This document shows positions 62,883-64,000 of a DNA stretch of 64,000 bases, piece by piece (position 1 is the stretch's first letter; each line of letters begins with the position of its first letter). Under the pieces are notes generated by a model. The model was not told where the DNA came from and ran no database searches. It was given only the letters and a program-made list of their open reading frames with translations. This stretch comes from Mizuhopecten yessoensis. Taxonomy: Eukaryota. The DNA is taken from positions 233,213-297,212 of the forward strand of contig NW_018408729.1 in assembly GCF_002113885.1 (NCBI RefSeq). The letters are read 5' to 3'. Both the position numbers and the translations under genes were made by a program.

Positions 62883-64000
62883 TTAGGCTCCAGTGAGCAG
62901 CTTGCCGGACACCTGTGGGCTTGTCGTCCGGTCCCCCTTCCCACTAATTATAATGGCAATTTCTATTTCAAATACGTTACCACAGTCATTATAATGCATA
63001 TTTCAACCCTACCTGGCTCTTTACATTAAAATAAAGATCCCCCCTGGAGAATCCCTGGAAAACCCCACAAATCAGACGGCAGTATTCACGCACGTGTTCA
63101 GACACGAGCCCATGCTTCCCACTTCATAATTCATTCAGCCTTCCGTGTTTAAGGACGTGTTTTGGTTCATACTACGGTCTTTGGGTCCCAACTTCTACAG
63201 GCGTTATTTGTCCCGATATGATTATTTTATCCTTTATATACTATTACTTATTACCCTGGGGTTCGTTTCTGCTGGTTCGGCCCATACCGGGGCCGTTCTT
63301 GGCAGTTAGTCTCGTTGGACCTGGACCTTTTTCTCAACCCCACCCCCTTCCGTTTCGTCGGTCGACGTGGTTGAGGGTTTGGGCTCTGTCCCGGTCACCA
63401 CGGTGACTAAGGGACAGCCTTCTCTCCTCATTTGTGGTGGGAGGGCAGGTGGCTACACATTCCGTTGGTAATGTTGGGCTACAGTTTTGTTTGCTCTCGG
63501 GGTTCCCTGCATCCCTGATGTAGCCCCTGGTGCGGTGATATCAATTCGCAAGCCGTTCACCACTGTGCAGCATTTGATGCCCGGTCCGGTGGTAAGTGAT
63601 GCCTTGGCTGGATTTTACGGTGGTGTGAGCACTGGTGTGAAAACCCATGCTCCCAGCTCTATCCCTTGTGCTTCCTCCCTGGGTTTTCCTATGGTAGGTG
63701 CCAGCGCGGCTGCGTTTGGCTTTGCCGGTGCATGTTGCTCCCCTGGTGGGTCTTGTTTTACTGGCCCTACAGGTTTTGGCCCTGCTGTAGGTCAGTCTGG
63801 GTGGAGTTTGCCAGGTCAGCCAGGTGTGGCTTATGGCGGCGAGTGTGCAGGTGACCCTAGGTCCCCCCACCCCCCAAAAAACTGATCCTGCCACCGGGTT
63901 TCGGGCATCATGTTGGTGGCTATGTTCAAGCGACCTCTCTGGTTAATTTGGAGTCATTGGACTCGTTTGGGTTGCACTCGGAAGGCCCTTCCGATGTGCG
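62883..64000 (+). mobile_element. Probable 5' end of a tyrosine-recombinase retrotransposon (Ngaro/DIRS-like), truncated by the window edge
   Basis: Abrupt rise in GC; terminal-repeat-like segment tgagcagcttgc...cccccttccc...aataaa; then low-complexity, frameshifted gag-like frames. No RT or recombinase domain is visible in the window. Confidence 0.35.

Overview
This is AT-rich, intron-rich animal DNA. The repeat families (Meta-SINE, CORE-SINE, Helentron-associated HINE, tRNA-bearing TRIM) suggest a mollusc, probably a bivalve; that assignment is inference. Two spliced genes diverge from a ~5.5-kb intergenic region. (1) On the minus strand is the 5' part of CFAP44/WDR52: 10 coding exons from ATG 13434 to 294, continuing off the left edge. 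It has a ~630-aa acidic, repeat-rich N-terminal extension and a U12-type GT-AG intron (3981-5043). (2) On the plus strand is a complete 9-exon, 522-aa type I Ig-superfamily receptor (18958-53185): signal peptide, three Ig domains, Thr/Pro stalk, TM segment, and a tail with an ITIM and an ITSM closely resembling CD33-type Siglec tails. The rest is transposon debris, minisatellites and a 418-nt assembly gap. The most unusual signals are four 27-34-bp TIR-only inserts with 7-bp TSDs clustered between the two promoters (they look like P-superfamily excision footprints), LTRs carrying a tRNA-derived Pol III promoter (one with a tRNA-Lys PBS and a PPT), the ITIM/ITSM receptor, and a minisatellite built from an RFX X-box-like motif. 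All exon structures and family assignments were read by eye; no searches were run.
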